From: an uncultured virus (IMG/VR IMGVR_UViG_2579778687_000002)
Taxonomy: Duplodnaviria; Heunggongvirae; Uroviricota; Caudoviricetes
Strand: one strand, 5' to 3'
IMG/VR virus record: IMGVR_UViG_2579778687_000002
Length of the DNA: 64,000 bases
The notes beneath the pieces are model-generated. The model saw only the letters and a program-made list of their open reading frames with translations, searched no databases and was not told the DNA's origin. A program made the translations under genes and the position numbers. Position 1 is the first letter of the stretch, and each line of letters opens with the position of its first letter. Positions 19,536-30,295 of the stretch are shown here, in pieces.

Positions 19536-20695
19536 ACTCTCCTGTTGGTCGGCGCCGATTCGACGCTCAGGTCATTGATATAGCCGTGCCGGCCGGTCAG
19601 GCGAAGCGTGAACGTGAAGTGCCTGCCGCGCAGGCCCCGGCCGAACTTGAAGCGCCCATTGGTCAACTCGTCTGCAGGCTCGCTCTCCAGCGGGTAGCTG
19701 TAGGTCGCTGCGCTGCCGCTTTGCGTGGTGGTCACGTCCATGGCCACCGTGCCATCAGCATCCAGTGCATACTCCAGATAGGCGCTATGCGGATGCACCA
19801 GCGCGCCCTGGCCGATGTCCAGTTTCCCGGTCGCGATTCTGCCGGCCACCGGCTGGCTGTCACCGTCCAGCGCATAAACGCCGTCTTCGGCGATGCCGTA
19901 CAGCCGACCGTCGATCACAGCAAGCGACCGGAAGGTATACGGCGCGTAGCGGCTCATCGCCCAACTATCGACGTTTGCGGTCCAAGCCTGGCCGCCGTCC
20001 TGGTCGCCCCCCACGGTGATGTCCTCGATCACCACGGCATCCGATACCAGGTCGCGCGCCGCCAGATGGTCCAGCACCAGCGCGGCAATGGATGCCCCGT
20101 CCACCAGCAGCGCCTGCACGGCCTGATGCGCGTCCACCACCTCGTCGGCGAGGGACGCCCCATCCACCAGCAGTACGCGACCGTGCAGCGCCCCAGTCGC
20201 CTGATCGCTGACGGTGGCGGCGTCCTCGACCAGGACACTGGCGGCCTGGCCAGTGCTGTCGCTGATGCGCGCGGCATCCAGCACCAGGGTGAACGCATGA
20301 CGGGTGCCGAATGCTTCGTCGGCCACCGTGGCACCGTCCACCGTCAGGCCGCGCACGCGATCCAGCACCCCATCCGACACCAGGGCGTCATCGACGTGCA
20401 GGACACGAAGGGTGCCGGTAACGCGATCCGCCGCCGTGGCCGTATCGACCACCAGCACCCTGGCGCGGAGCCGGTCGCTCGCCGCATCGCTGATGGTTGC
20501 CTGATCCACCAGCAGGTGCGCCGGTCGGTCGATAGCCTCATCCGACACCGCCGCCGTATCGGTGTGCAACACCAGCAGCCCGTACAGCACCGTCTCGCTG
20601 ATGCGCGCGGTGCCTTCGCTGACGGCCGACAACCCCAGCCAGGTCGTGTCGCTGATTACCGCCGTGTCGTTGGAGTCGTCGCGGTAGTCACTCAT
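19532..20695 (-). CDS. virion structural protein with degenerate VD.A..SD repeats
   Basis: 387 aa, coupled to neighbouring genes. Confidence 0.75.
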   Translation of the reverse strand: MSDYRDDSNDTAVISDTTWLGLSAVSEGTARISETVLYGLLVLHTDTAAVSDEAIDRPAHLLVDQATISDAASDRLRARVLVVDTATAADRVTGTLRVLHVDDALVSDGVLDRVRGLTVDGATVADEAFGTRHAFTLVLDAARISDSTGQAASVLVEDAATVSDQATGALHGRVLLVDGASLADEVVDAHQAVQALLVDGASIAALVLDHLAARDLVSDAVVIEDITVGGDQDGGQAWTANVDSWAMSRYAPYTFRSLAVIDGRLYGIAEDGVYALDGDSQPVAGRIATGKLDIGQGALVHPHSAYLEYALDADGTVAMDVTTTQSGSAATYSYPLESEPADELTNGRFKFGRGLRGRHFTFTLRLTGRHGYINDLSVESAPTNRRV

Positions 20696-23285
20696 TGATA
20701 ACCCCTATGAAGTGGTGGGCCGCCTTGTGATCGGCGAGCGCGGTATGCCCCCAGCGGCGGCGCAGTCCATCCTGGCTCGTCTCGTAGATGCTGGCGTACC
20801 GGGCGTCGCCGATGGCGACATGCACGGCGTCGCGGTAGAAGTAAAAGTCGTTCTCGGGCGAGAAGCCCCAGTACCACGAGTGCGGCATATCCTTGTTGAC
20901 CTGAACAGCGCCGGCCACGGACAGGCACACACTCAGGCGCCCGCTCCTCTCGTTGGGGTACTGGGTGTCCTTCCGGTACGGATCGAAGCCTGGCGCTTCG
21001 CCGCCGATAATGACGCCGTTGGCGTTGTGGACGGAGTTGCGGTAGGTGTACGGCCCACAGATGCCCGTGACATCCAAAAAACCGCCAGGTGGCAGGTTCA
21101 GCCAGTTGCCGCTTTCGGCGAAGTCGCTGACTTCGGTTGGGCTGTAGACCAGCGTGTCGACATAGACCGGCACCCCATCCTTGGATGGCGGGTCGCCCCG
21201 GTTCCCGTTCCGCGTCTGCCCCATCCAGTGCCAGATGTCGTCGTAGCACCAGAGTTCGTAGGACGTGGGATCAGGCACAGAGCCTTGCGTCGTTTCCTCG
21301 TGGGAACTGCGTCCCCCGGTATGGTCCTGGTAGGCGTAGAGCATGCAATCGCGCTCGAACACCGGCACAAGCGCCGCCACGTCCAGGGTGAACGTCTCGG
21401 TAGTGTCTACCGTGGTGCGGTGCATGTAGTACCTGGATCGGCTCACGCCGCCGACGCACCAGAGTGTGGGTGGCGTGGAGTAAGCCGGGTTGCCATAGCC
21501 CATGTCGGTGCCGACGATGGTGGTATGGACCGTTACCGCCGGTTGCTCCTGCCGGTCGTCGAAGTCGGTTGTGTAGAAGAAGCCCATCAGCCCGCTAAGA
21601 CCGAAAGTCTCAATTTGCTCCCACTGACCAACGATCATGATGTCTTCGAATGAACTCGTAGCTTCCTTCTTGAACTTCCGCTCGTCGTAGAAATACTTGA
21701 TAACCCGAAGCTGGTCCTGGACGTAGCAGCCGAATATAACCGTGTCGCACTGGACCGGAGCCCCGAAGTAGTCTGGCGACACGTGCACGAACGACTCACA
21801 GCCCTGAGCGGTCAGCTCGGGAAACTTCAGCCGAGTGCACGATTTTTCGACCTTGGACGGCCAGTAGAACGGTCCACTGGCCACGCGGCTAATGTGCCCC
21901 TGATGCTGCGCGATCGGGGGAAGTTCTAGATTCTCCCAATATTCGAGGTCATTGCCAGCTTCAATCGCGGCCCGCGCCAATATCTGCGCAACCGGAACGC
22001 GCCTGACTTTGTACATGATGGCCAACTCACGCGCGCCGCCGGCGGACAACGCGCTGTAAACCTTCGAAAGGTAGGCATTGAGCTTGGCGCGCTGCTCCTC
22101 GTCATCGAACTGCCATTCGTTCTCGATGCGCCCCTGATTCTTTGCTGGCGCCAGCGACAAGCGCATTTTGTACGCATGGACCCGCATCAGGCCGGTGTCG
22201 TCATAACCCCAACAGGTATTGAAACCTTCAGTACCTCGACTGTTCATCGCCCAGCCGCAGGCCGTATACATCGGGTTAGCGCTGTAGAAGTCAGCGGGAT
22301 CGCAGACTTTGATGATGACGCCCGCGCGACGCCATGCCTCGAACTCGCTGCCAGTGGGTGGGAAACCTTCCCCCGACGGCATCCCGCCGAAGCGATCCAA
22401 CAGTCGCAGGATTTCATCGTCGCCGACCTCCTCCATATATCGGCGGAACGCATCGGTTGTGGTCGCCGGCACTACCGGCAGCGGCATAGCGTAGACGCCC
22501 CGGCCATCGATCTGTAGCAGCCATGGGCTGTTACTTGAGTCGAAGGCCACACCATGGCAACGAAAGGCCGCATACTCGCATTTGAATTGACCCGCTTCGT
22601 CCGGGAAGCCGCTGTAGCCGGGCAGACGCACGTTTCCAAGCTGCTCGCGCACCAGCGCCATGTAGCGCTCTGGTACCAGCATGCGGGCACGCTCCAGATC
22701 GTTCTCCGGAAGATCCTCCAGGCGCTGACGCCCATAGCCGCCGACCACCTGCATGACTTCAGCCATGGCACCGCTGTACCAAGTCGGGCGTTGCTTGACG
22801 TACTGAGTGAAGGTGTAGATGCCCTGCTCGCGCGGCTCGAAGTATTGGAAACGCGGTTCGTACTTGATGACAAAGCGTTGCAACGCCACGTCCTTCGGCG
22901 GAAGCGCCGCTTTCGGGTCGTAGGCCACCAGCCGGCGCCGGGCCTGCTCGGTCAACCTTATGCCAACGCCCTGCCCATCGGTCAGCACCTGGGCGCGGGT
23001 GATGACGCCGGAGAACAGCATGGGGATGTTGGTCTGTGCCACACCGTCGAAACGGAATTGCGGAAGCTCATGCTGCTCGAGCACCAGGATGCGAAACACC
23101 CCGCCCATGTCGATGGCCACCGCCTGCCGACCGCTGGGCAGATCAGCAACGCGCTTCAGGCTGGCCAGCTCAGACGCCTGCTTGAAGTTCGTCAGGTTCC
23201 TGGCCAGCCGCTCGACAGCGGCGGCATCGTCGGCGGAGAGTTCCGCGTCTTCCGCGAAACGTCCGTAGGGGCGCGGCGAATACAT
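20688..23285 (-). CDS. virion (tail) structural protein
   Basis: 865 aa in the late operon, overlapping the next gene. Confidence 0.75.
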   Translation of the reverse strand: MYSPRPYGRFAEDAELSADDAAAVERLARNLTNFKQASELASLKRVADLPSGRQAVAIDMGGVFRILVLEQHELPQFRFDGVAQTNIPMLFSGVITRAQVLTDGQGVGIRLTEQARRRLVAYDPKAALPPKDVALQRFVIKYEPRFQYFEPREQGIYTFTQYVKQRPTWYSGAMAEVMQVVGGYGRQRLEDLPENDLERARMLVPERYMALVREQLGNVRLPGYSGFPDEAGQFKCEYAAFRCHGVAFDSSNSPWLLQIDGRGVYAMPLPVVPATTTDAFRRYMEEVGDDEILRLLDRFGGMPSGEGFPPTGSEFEAWRRAGVIIKVCDPADFYSANPMYTACGWAMNSRGTEGFNTCWGYDDTGLMRVHAYKMRLSLAPAKNQGRIENEWQFDDEEQRAKLNAYLSKVYSALSAGGARELAIMYKVRRVPVAQILARAAIEAGNDLEYWENLELPPIAQHQGHISRVASGPFYWPSKVEKSCTRLKFPELTAQGCESFVHVSPDYFGAPVQCDTVIFGCYVQDQLRVIKYFYDERKFKKEATSSFEDIMIVGQWEQIETFGLSGLMGFFYTTDFDDRQEQPAVTVHTTIVGTDMGYGNPAYSTPPTLWCVGGVSRSRYYMHRTTVDTTETFTLDVAALVPVFERDCMLYAYQDHTGGRSSHEETTQGSVPDPTSYELWCYDDIWHWMGQTRNGNRGDPPSKDGVPVYVDTLVYSPTEVSDFAESGNWLNLPPGGFLDVTGICGPYTYRNSVHNANGVIIGGEAPGFDPYRKDTQYPNERSGRLSVCLSVAGAVQVNKDMPHSWYWGFSPENDFYFYRDAVHVAIGDARYASIYETSQDGLRRRWGHTALADHKAAHHFIGVINE

Positions 23286-23289
23286 CGGC

Positions 23290-23880
23290 TTAGACGGTAA
23301 GGTTCAGCCGGTAGCCGATATCGTAGGTATCGCCGTTCTGGAACACACGAGTCGCCGCGTACTTCGACGCCGATACCAGCGCACCCGTGGTGCCACCCTT
23401 GGTGCTGTTGGTCAGCAGCGCGGCGCCGTTGACGTTGAGCTGCGACGCTGTGGCGATGGTTACGGTCGCCACGGTGTTCATGTTGTCGATGGACCCGGTA
23501 GCGGTGTCGGTCGGCGTCCAGGCTGGGCGGGTAGCGCTGGTGTAACCCTCAGTCATGCTGGTGATCTCCGAGGCCACCGCGGCAAAGTTAGCAGCGGTCC
23601 AGTTAGCAGCAGGTGCTGCCGTCCCAGCGAACAGGGCCAGGAAATACGACACCTTGGGCTTACTGCCCAGCGCGATGTTGAGGATGTGCGCCAGGCCCTC
23701 GGTGGGGATCAGGTTGTCGCCCTCCTTCTCCCACTCGCCGCTGTTGATGCGGCCGAAGTATTCGCCACCGGCCAGTACACTGAGCCGCGGGAAGGCAATG
23801 CCGTTTTCGGTGATGTCGAAGCTACCAGTGGCCAGGTCGGCGGCCATTTCTTTGCGCAGAGCGCTGCTAATGCGTTGCAT
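23290..23880 (-). CDS. tail structural protein
   Basis: 196 aa, beta-rich, NLIPTEGLAHIL motif; GGAGAG SD. Confidence 0.75.
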   Translation of the reverse strand: MQRISSALRKEMAADLATGSFDITENGIAFPRLSVLAGGEYFGRINSGEWEKEGDNLIPTEGLAHILNIALGSKPKVSYFLALFAGTAAPAANWTAANFAAVASEITSMTEGYTSATRPAWTPTDTATGSIDNMNTVATVTIATASQLNVNGAALLTNSTKGGTTGALVSASKYAATRVFQNGDTYDIGYRLNLTV

Positions 23881-23947
23881 AGGGTTCTCTCCGAAGTCCC
23901 ATGCCGCACTCCTGCGCAGCGATTGAAGGCCCGATATTCGGGGTGAT

Positions 23948-25138
23948 TCAGCTTACTGCCGTCAGTAGACGGCGGTCGAACACTACAGAGGTACCGGCAC
24001 GGCCGGTGATGCCGGCGAGCACGCCTGCATGAACCTCGGCGATGGCGCCACTGCTGGTGCCCATGACGTAGCCGTTCTCCGCTAGCCACACGGCGACCGG
24101 CGAGCCATCCGGTGATGCGTTGGTGCCTACCACCTCGGCAGGGACCAGGACTGCACTACCAGGCACCGGAGCCCGCGATGCACGACGCGACACGCTCAGG
24201 CTTGCCGGATCAGCGCCATCCAGAAAGGCGACATGATCGACCTGGCCCACCCAAATGCCGCCATCCACCGGCTGCACGAAGGTTATGCGCTGGGGCATCT
24301 GCACGAAGCCGTAGCGCTCATCGTGCAGGTGGTAGGCCAGGGCCTCGGAGAAGCGCAGCACGTTGGCGCGCGCGATCAGCAGACGCCCGCGCCAGTAGGC
24401 CAGGTGCTTGCCGGTCGGCATGGGCGACAGGTGGCGAAACTGCGCCGGTCGGCCCAGCTCCGGTAGCGTCGGCAGGATGACCGTGGCCGCGCCCAGCGGG
24501 TAGTCGCCGGCCAACAGCAGCTCGCCACCATTCGCTCGCGTCAGGTAGAGGCGCGCGCCGGTCACACTGGCATCCAAGCACAGCGGAAAGGTGACTTCCA
24601 GCGCGCCGGCATCGGTCACGTCCGCGAAGGCGATCAGCGACGGCGCCGACTCCTGGGGGCCGCGCAGCCACGCCACAGCCGCGCCGTAGGTGCCTTGACT
24701 CAACGATCCGGCGCCTGCCACCAGCAGCGGCGGCGCCGGGGTGTCCAGCGTCAGGCGCTCGGCCTGCGCGCCATCGTAGGTGAAGATGCCCGCCGTTCCG
24801 GCGACGCACACCCGATTGTTCAGCACCTCGTGGGACAGGTCCCCTTCGCCGATCTGTGCGAGCGGCTCGAACGTCCATGAATGCGGATCGACCTTTCCCC
24901 ACTGGTCGCCCAGGGCGCCGAAGGCGTCGCCGTGCAGTGGGCTTTGCCAGAGTTGGCGGAACGGCTGGTCCGTGACCTGGCGCACAGAGGCCCGCAGTTG
25001 CGCCTTGCCGGCCGGCGACAGGTCTATGTTCACCGCATCACGCACATAGAGCCTCGGGCTCTCGCCGCCGCGTTGCAGCGCGGCATCTTCGGCGACGTTG
25101 TTGATGCCGGCCAGCGGCACCAGGGAAGTCGTGGCCAT
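23948..25138 (-). CDS. virion structural protein (tail stabilisation-like)
   Basis: 396 aa; LAGINN start and AVNIDL motif; position in tail module. Confidence 0.7.
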   Translation of the reverse strand: MATTSLVPLAGINNVAEDAALQRGGESPRLYVRDAVNIDLSPAGKAQLRASVRQVTDQPFRQLWQSPLHGDAFGALGDQWGKVDPHSWTFEPLAQIGEGDLSHEVLNNRVCVAGTAGIFTYDGAQAERLTLDTPAPPLLVAGAGSLSQGTYGAAVAWLRGPQESAPSLIAFADVTDAGALEVTFPLCLDASVTGARLYLTRANGGELLLAGDYPLGAATVILPTLPELGRPAQFRHLSPMPTGKHLAYWRGRLLIARANVLRFSEALAYHLHDERYGFVQMPQRITFVQPVDGGIWVGQVDHVAFLDGADPASLSVSRRASRAPVPGSAVLVPAEVVGTNASPDGSPVAVWLAENGYVMGTSSGAIAEVHAGVLAGITGRAGTSVVFDRRLLTAVS

Positions 25139-28101
25139 CAGAAAGCTCCTTTGCGGTACTGATCGGCGTTGCCGTCAGGGCGGATGTAGTGGACACCTGG
25201 CCGCACATTGGGCACGCCCACATCCACTGAATCCAACCCTACAGGTGCCACGGACTGGGCATTTGGACCCGGTGGGGTGAAGACGTTGCGGACTCGCATG
25301 CGATCCGCGAAATGCGACGGGTCGTATTCGCAGATGAACGACTCCCAACCGTCCGGCTCAACCCCTCGCACCCGCAGCGAAACCCAGACTGTACCGAATG
25401 CTGATGTGTCGGTACCGCTTGGAATGGTCGGCATCGGCGGTCCAACATGCAGCGACTGCCACTGGTACGGACCTTCTCCACGCGAATATCCCATAGCCTG
25501 CGACGGGAATCCGGTCATCTGGAGTCGACGATCCAGCAGCGATACCCATGTAGCCCCACCCGGGCCAGGAGCCGGCAGACCAGCAGGCCGAACTGTTTGC
25601 GGGCCGTAATAGGGGCCACGGTCTACGGCAGGCACCCCGAGTAACATCGAATCAGCACCGGCGAACTGTGTCACGAACTGAGTGCCATCACCCACGATCG
25701 CCCAACCCATGCGATACGCCTGCAGACCCCGCGGCTCCAGGTAGCGACGCTTCAGGTAGATCGCATGCTCACCCATCTTCGACACGTCGCCCAGCGGGAA
25801 AGGCTTGAGGATGCCCAGGTAGGTGCTGATGCGCGCCGAGCCGAATCGCTCACCCGGCGGATAAACCAGCGTTTCCCCTACATAGTGCAGGTTACCGGCT
25901 GGATGGTTCTGCTTGGCCTGCTCGGGTGCCTCCTTCACCGCCCAGATGGTGTGCGGCGTGAGACGCGGCTTGGATGGCTGGAACACTTCAGCGTCGGGCC
26001 ATTCGTCCACCGTCAGCTTGCGCAGCTTCAAGCTCACGGCTGGCAGGCCGTAGCCGTCCACCTTGATGCCGGCGTCGATGTTCACGCCCATGATGCGCAC
26101 CGTCGGCTCCTCGATGTCCGGCGCCCGGATGCCTGTCGCGTACAGGACGTACTGATTCAGACCGGGCTTTCCGAGCACCGCTCCGGTGTTAACCGCCTGA
26201 TCAACCATGATGTTCTGCGGCGAGTACGGCGGCGCGCCGGTCTTGGTCACCACCAGCTTGTCGCCCATCCTGAGCAGGTTGGTGCCTGGAACCGTGATGG
26301 TCTGCTTGCGGTCGGCGATCTTTGCCTGGCCGAACAACTGCATGTTACTGCCGTCCGGCGCCACCGGACGCCATTGCAGGCGCACGAAGGCCGAACCGAA
26401 TTCCTCGGCGTTCGCCCCGAAGGTCGCGACCTCCGGCGTCACGTTGTGGATGCGCGGATCGCCGAACAGGTCTTTGTGCGCCCACCTCGGCCCGATCGCG
26501 TTGAAGTGGATCGACAGAGCCGCCAGGCCCATGTTCAGCATGTCGTTGCTTACCGGATCGACATAGCGCGTGTACAGCTTGACCTCGGGCAACTTGATAT
26601 CCGGCGGCTCGATGCTGTAGCGCGGCTCGATGCTGATACCGCGAATGGCGAAATCGATGAACGCGATGCCGATATCCACCGAGTCGAAGCCGCCGATGCG
26701 GTCGAAGTAACGCCGCGTGTTCTCCAGTCTCGCCACACCGAAAGCGCTTTGAGCATTCCCGGTCGGCACCAACACCCTCGCGCCGTTGTAGACGGCATGC
26801 CAATTCAGGATCGGCGGCGGTTCGATGCCTTCCAGCGGCAGGTAACGGCGGCCGTAGGCAATCATGGCTGCAGTGGTGATCTGCGGCGGCGCCACGCCGC
26901 CTGGCAAGATCGGCCTGGCATTGTTGTCGATCTGCGGGAAGCCGGCCGGCGGCGAAGGCATGCCGATGGTGCCCACTTGACGGTTTCGGTTCTCCACCAG
27001 CGTCCACTGCGACCAGGGTGGCGGGTTCAACTCGCTGTCCGGGTCGTACTCCTGGACCACGTACTGGCGCAGGTTCCACACGTCTGCGCGGCCCCAGCGG
27101 TATTCTTCCTGGACGGTGCTCTGGAATCCGGCCGGCTCGGCAAAGGTGAGCCAGTTGTTGATCGCCTGCTGCCCCCACAACTCGGCGAAGCCTTGAGGCG
27201 CGACCGTCTGCGACTCGGGAATGATCCGCGTGCCGAATGCCGAGGAATCCCAGCCTGGCGGCTCCAAGAAGCGCGTGCCGCCGACCATAGGTCTGGCCAC
27301 GGCATCCAGAAACGTGCCAATGGGCTCCAGAACGCGCGTTCCCTGACTGACCCATGCCGTCCCCATGCCTGGCGCTGGAACACCAGCATTGAGCTGCACG
27401 AACTGGCGTTCGTGGCTGATGCGGTGGACATCCGGGATCGCGGTCGCCAGTAGGCCGCCAGGCTTCAGATAGCGGGTGTACAGCCAAACCGTGGGATTCG
27501 CGCCCCACGGCGGCGGCGCAATGTTGCCGGCCGCCACATAGCGGTTTCGGTTGATGATGTTCGCCTGCCCGCTTTGGTAGGCGACAAATCCGGTCGGCTG
27601 AACCGTTCGGTGCTTGTTCTGTGCGTTGTGGGATCCGATGACGTTCGAATTGAAGCCGTAGGCCGAAACGAACGTGCTGTACTTCCAAGCCTTGGCGGCG
27701 CCGAACACTTGGTGCGACGATCCTACAGGCAACACAAAGCGATACTGAGTACGGATCGCCGGTGGCGGTACCATGGAATCGCTGAATCCGCCCGGGAAAA
27801 CCGTTTGGCCCTCTACCGGCGGCAACTCACCCCACTGAAGCAGCACAGCATTGGACGCTGGCGGCACGTAGCCGGGGTCAACGGTAGAGAAGTCGAGATC
27901 CGCCGATGCGTGCGGGTCCGGAAGGATTGTCCGCACTACCCGGGCATCGCGCGAGAGCAGCGGTGGCTGAATGCCCCAAGCTCCGATGGTTCCTTCGGGA
28001 AGGTTCGCCGGCGGGCCGCCACCCAGCGTGACGTTGCGACTGCTAGAGGGGACGTAGCCGCTGGGTACTGCGTCAAAACGCAGCTCTACGCCCGTGGTCA
28101 T
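25138..28101 (-). CDS. large tail protein with degenerate G.DS..FG repeats
   Basis: 987 aa Pro/Gly-rich; repeats GWDSSAFG, GFDSVDIG, GADSMLLG, GTDTSAFG. Confidence 0.75.
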   Translation of the reverse strand: MTTGVELRFDAVPSGYVPSSSRNVTLGGGPPANLPEGTIGAWGIQPPLLSRDARVVRTILPDPHASADLDFSTVDPGYVPPASNAVLLQWGELPPVEGQTVFPGGFSDSMVPPPAIRTQYRFVLPVGSSHQVFGAAKAWKYSTFVSAYGFNSNVIGSHNAQNKHRTVQPTGFVAYQSGQANIINRNRYVAAGNIAPPPWGANPTVWLYTRYLKPGGLLATAIPDVHRISHERQFVQLNAGVPAPGMGTAWVSQGTRVLEPIGTFLDAVARPMVGGTRFLEPPGWDSSAFGTRIIPESQTVAPQGFAELWGQQAINNWLTFAEPAGFQSTVQEEYRWGRADVWNLRQYVVQEYDPDSELNPPPWSQWTLVENRNRQVGTIGMPSPPAGFPQIDNNARPILPGGVAPPQITTAAMIAYGRRYLPLEGIEPPPILNWHAVYNGARVLVPTGNAQSAFGVARLENTRRYFDRIGGFDSVDIGIAFIDFAIRGISIEPRYSIEPPDIKLPEVKLYTRYVDPVSNDMLNMGLAALSIHFNAIGPRWAHKDLFGDPRIHNVTPEVATFGANAEEFGSAFVRLQWRPVAPDGSNMQLFGQAKIADRKQTITVPGTNLLRMGDKLVVTKTGAPPYSPQNIMVDQAVNTGAVLGKPGLNQYVLYATGIRAPDIEEPTVRIMGVNIDAGIKVDGYGLPAVSLKLRKLTVDEWPDAEVFQPSKPRLTPHTIWAVKEAPEQAKQNHPAGNLHYVGETLVYPPGERFGSARISTYLGILKPFPLGDVSKMGEHAIYLKRRYLEPRGLQAYRMGWAIVGDGTQFVTQFAGADSMLLGVPAVDRGPYYGPQTVRPAGLPAPGPGGATWVSLLDRRLQMTGFPSQAMGYSRGEGPYQWQSLHVGPPMPTIPSGTDTSAFGTVWVSLRVRGVEPDGWESFICEYDPSHFADRMRVRNVFTPPGPNAQSVAPVGLDSVDVGVPNVRPGVHYIRPDGNADQYRKGAF

Positions 28102-28103
28102 AG

Positions 28104-28961
28104 CTACTCCAGCACGATGCGATCGGCGATCACAGCATTGATCAGCGGCGAGTTCTCATCGTCCAGGCCGACTACGTACATGGTGGTACCCACCTTCGCG
28201 ATGACCGGAATTTCGAACAGACCTGATGAGTCGCTGCGTCCTCTACCGATCACCGACCCTGTTTCGCGCTCGTGAACATGGACGATGCGGGTAGCAGGCT
28301 GGCCAGCCTGGTCCACGACGGTGCCCGAGACGGTTCCACCGTAGATGGAGCATGTCACCAGTGTGACACCACCCTGAACGATCGTAGTCAGGTCGGTGGA
28401 AGACACCACAGTGGTGCCGTTGAGGACCACCAGCTTGATGGGGAGTCCAGCAGTTTGGGCGGTGTTCTTGATGGCCACATCGATTTGCCTGCCCGGAACG
28501 ACACGCGCCACGAATTGGACGTTTTCACTGGATCGGTTATGCGTGCCGCGAAATAGCGCCAGGTCGGCGTTGTAGTTGCCCGAAAAGCTGGTAATACCTG
28601 AGTCGACACCAGTCGGGTGGAAGATAATCGCCAGGCGTAGCCCGCAGTTGATCGAGTAGTACCGGCTAACTCCTGCGATCGCCTGTGAGTAGTGCGTACT
28701 CGCCGAGGTGAACTGGTAGGGGACAATCTCCACACCACACTCGGTAGAAACCACCAACCTATCGGCCCCGCCGGTCCACAGCGCCGGGATTGGTAGCAGC
28801 GTCGCACTATCATCGGTACTCGGCCAGCTTGGGTTATAGGCAGTCGTTGAGCCTTGGAAGTCGGCCACCCAGGCGGTGTAGATGTCGTCGAGCGATGCCG
28901 CACTGGTGACGAATGATGGAGAGACGAATTTTTCGCCGTCCAGGTCGATGGTGTCGGCCAT
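28104..28961 (-). CDS. tail-associated protein with C-terminal Ig/carboxypeptidase-regulatory-like domain; candidate receptor-binding protein
   Basis: 285 aa; VSGTVVDQAGQP...RSDSSGLF pattern. Confidence 0.6.
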   Translation of the reverse strand: MADTIDLDGEKFVSPSFVTSAASLDDIYTAWVADFQGSTTAYNPSWPSTDDSATLLPIPALWTGGADRLVVSTECGVEIVPYQFTSASTHYSQAIAGVSRYYSINCGLRLAIIFHPTGVDSGITSFSGNYNADLALFRGTHNRSSENVQFVARVVPGRQIDVAIKNTAQTAGLPIKLVVLNGTTVVSSTDLTTIVQGGVTLVTCSIYGGTVSGTVVDQAGQPATRIVHVHERETGSVIGRGRSDSSGLFEIPVIAKVGTTMYVVGLDDENSPLINAVIADRIVLE

Positions 28962-29296
28962 TAATTCGCTCCCTCAACCGGTTGACCGAGGAACGTTTCG
29001 TTGGGCCAGTAGCCTTTCGCCTGGTGCCACTGGGCATAGCGCTCCAGCAGCACCTTGTCTCCGACCTGGGCGCCGTAGCGCACACCGTAGTCGATAGCCC
29101 ACTGCTGCTGGCAGCGGCCGGCCGGACATGGAGCCTGCTCGTGAACGAACATCTGGAAGGGCGGGAGCGCGCCGACGGCCTGCCAGTTGACATGTAGGTC
29201 CTGAGTCGGCGTTAGTTCGATCGGCTTGGGCTCGATACCTTGCGCGCCGATGCCTTGCGTCGGCGGTTTCACGGCCTGCTCAGTTGTGCCACTCAT
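28961..29296 (-). CDS. hypothetical protein
   Basis: 111 aa, GGAGG SD, stop overlaps next start. Confidence 0.65.
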   Translation of the reverse strand: MSGTTEQAVKPPTQGIGAQGIEPKPIELTPTQDLHVNWQAVGALPPFQMFVHEQAPCPAGRCQQQWAIDYGVRYGAQVGDKVLLERYAQWHQAKGYWPNETFLGQPVEGAN

Positions 29297-29675
29297 CGCT
29301 GCCCTCCTTCGCTACCCGGCGCGGCTTATTGCGGCGCCCGACGCTTGTGTACTGGCCTTGTGTCGCCTCCTGGCACATGGCGAAGGCGGCGCGAACGGCT
29401 TCCACGGCGGTGATGGGCTGGCGCATGGCCTCGGTGGCGAGCGCCAGGTTGTCCTGAATATCCTTGTCCGTCACCACACCGCGGCCGAGCTGGTCGAACA
29501 GGCTGGCATACATGCGCTGCCAGGTCTGGACTTGGTTCTGGAGCTGGCGCCCCTGCTCCACCCACATTTCCCGTTCGATCAGCAGGCCCTGCTCACGGGC
29601 CTTGGAACGAGCAAGTTCGATGCGGATCTGTTCAATCTCAAGCGTGGTGGCGTCGGTATTCTTGCGTTTGAGCAT
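29280..29675 (-). CDS. hypothetical coiled-coil protein
   Basis: starts MLKRKNTDAT with GGAG 8 nt upstream. Confidence 0.65.
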   Translation of the reverse strand: MLKRKNTDATTLEIEQIRIELARSKAREQGLLIEREMWVEQGRQLQNQVQTWQRMYASLFDQLGRGVVTDKDIQDNLALATEAMRQPITAVEAVRAAFAMCQEATQGQYTSVGRRNKPRRVAKEGSDEWHN

Positions 29676-29700
29676 CTTCTGCACTCCTGCGCGTGGTTGA

Positions 29701-30108
29701 TCAGACTTTGAAAATCTTGTTCGTGCCGTTGTCCCAGGTGACGATGATGTCACCGCCGTTAGGGGTGATCGGCAGGCCGGTAGCCGTGTCGATGAATGCA
29801 ATCAGCGGGCTGGTGGACTCGGTACCGGTGTCCTTGTAGATGATGATTGCCTCGATGCTCGCGCCGGACACACTGGTGAACGTCACATCCGCACCGTCGG
29901 CGGCGCCGCCAGTGGTGGTCTTCGCGGTGAGAGTGACCGGGCCAGCGATCCGGGACGACGACGGGATATCCGACAGGTACTGGTGGATCGCAGTCTGCGG
30001 CGTGTAGGCGCCGGTATCGACCAGGATCACCTTGATCGTGTCGGTCATCCAGTTGAACTGACCCTCCAGGAAGCGCTGGCGGGCATAGTCATAGAGGGTA
30101 TTTGCCAT
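29701..30108 (-). CDS. tail structural protein
   Basis: 135 aa from MANTLYDY; C-terminal GLPITPNGGDIIVTWD motif seen in phage tail proteins. Confidence 0.75.
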   Translation of the reverse strand: MANTLYDYARQRFLEGQFNWMTDTIKVILVDTGAYTPQTAIHQYLSDIPSSSRIAGPVTLTAKTTTGGAADGADVTFTSVSGASIEAIIIYKDTGTESTSPLIAFIDTATGLPITPNGGDIIVTWDNGTNKIFKV

Positions 30109-30295
30109 CAGGGGTGTGCTCCAGGTCTTGGAGCGCACTCCTGCGCGCTGCTGCGGGGTTTTGAATAACGGTGCCTTCGTCGGCCGAGATCTGCAGGCGC
30201 GCCACCTGCCCGGACTTCTTTTCCAGGCGGATGGCAGTACCATCGATCAGCAGTACCTCTCCGACCTTCAGGTCCACGCTCATCTTCTTGCTCAT
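30089..30295 (-). CDS. divergent CsrA/RsmA-fold protein in late operon
   Basis: KVGEVLLIDGTAIRLEKKSGQVARLQISA aligns by eye with [30 protein letters not shown] of the canonical CsrA domain at 46826. Confidence 0.6.
   Translation of the reverse strand: MSKKMSVDLKVGEVLLIDGTAIRLEKKSGQVARLQISADEGTVIQNPAAARRSALQDLEHTPDGKYPL

Noticed and set aside
25138..29675. Diversity-generating retroelement or invertible tail cassette
   Set aside because: No reverse transcriptase, invertase, template/variable repeat pair or flanking inverted repeats seen
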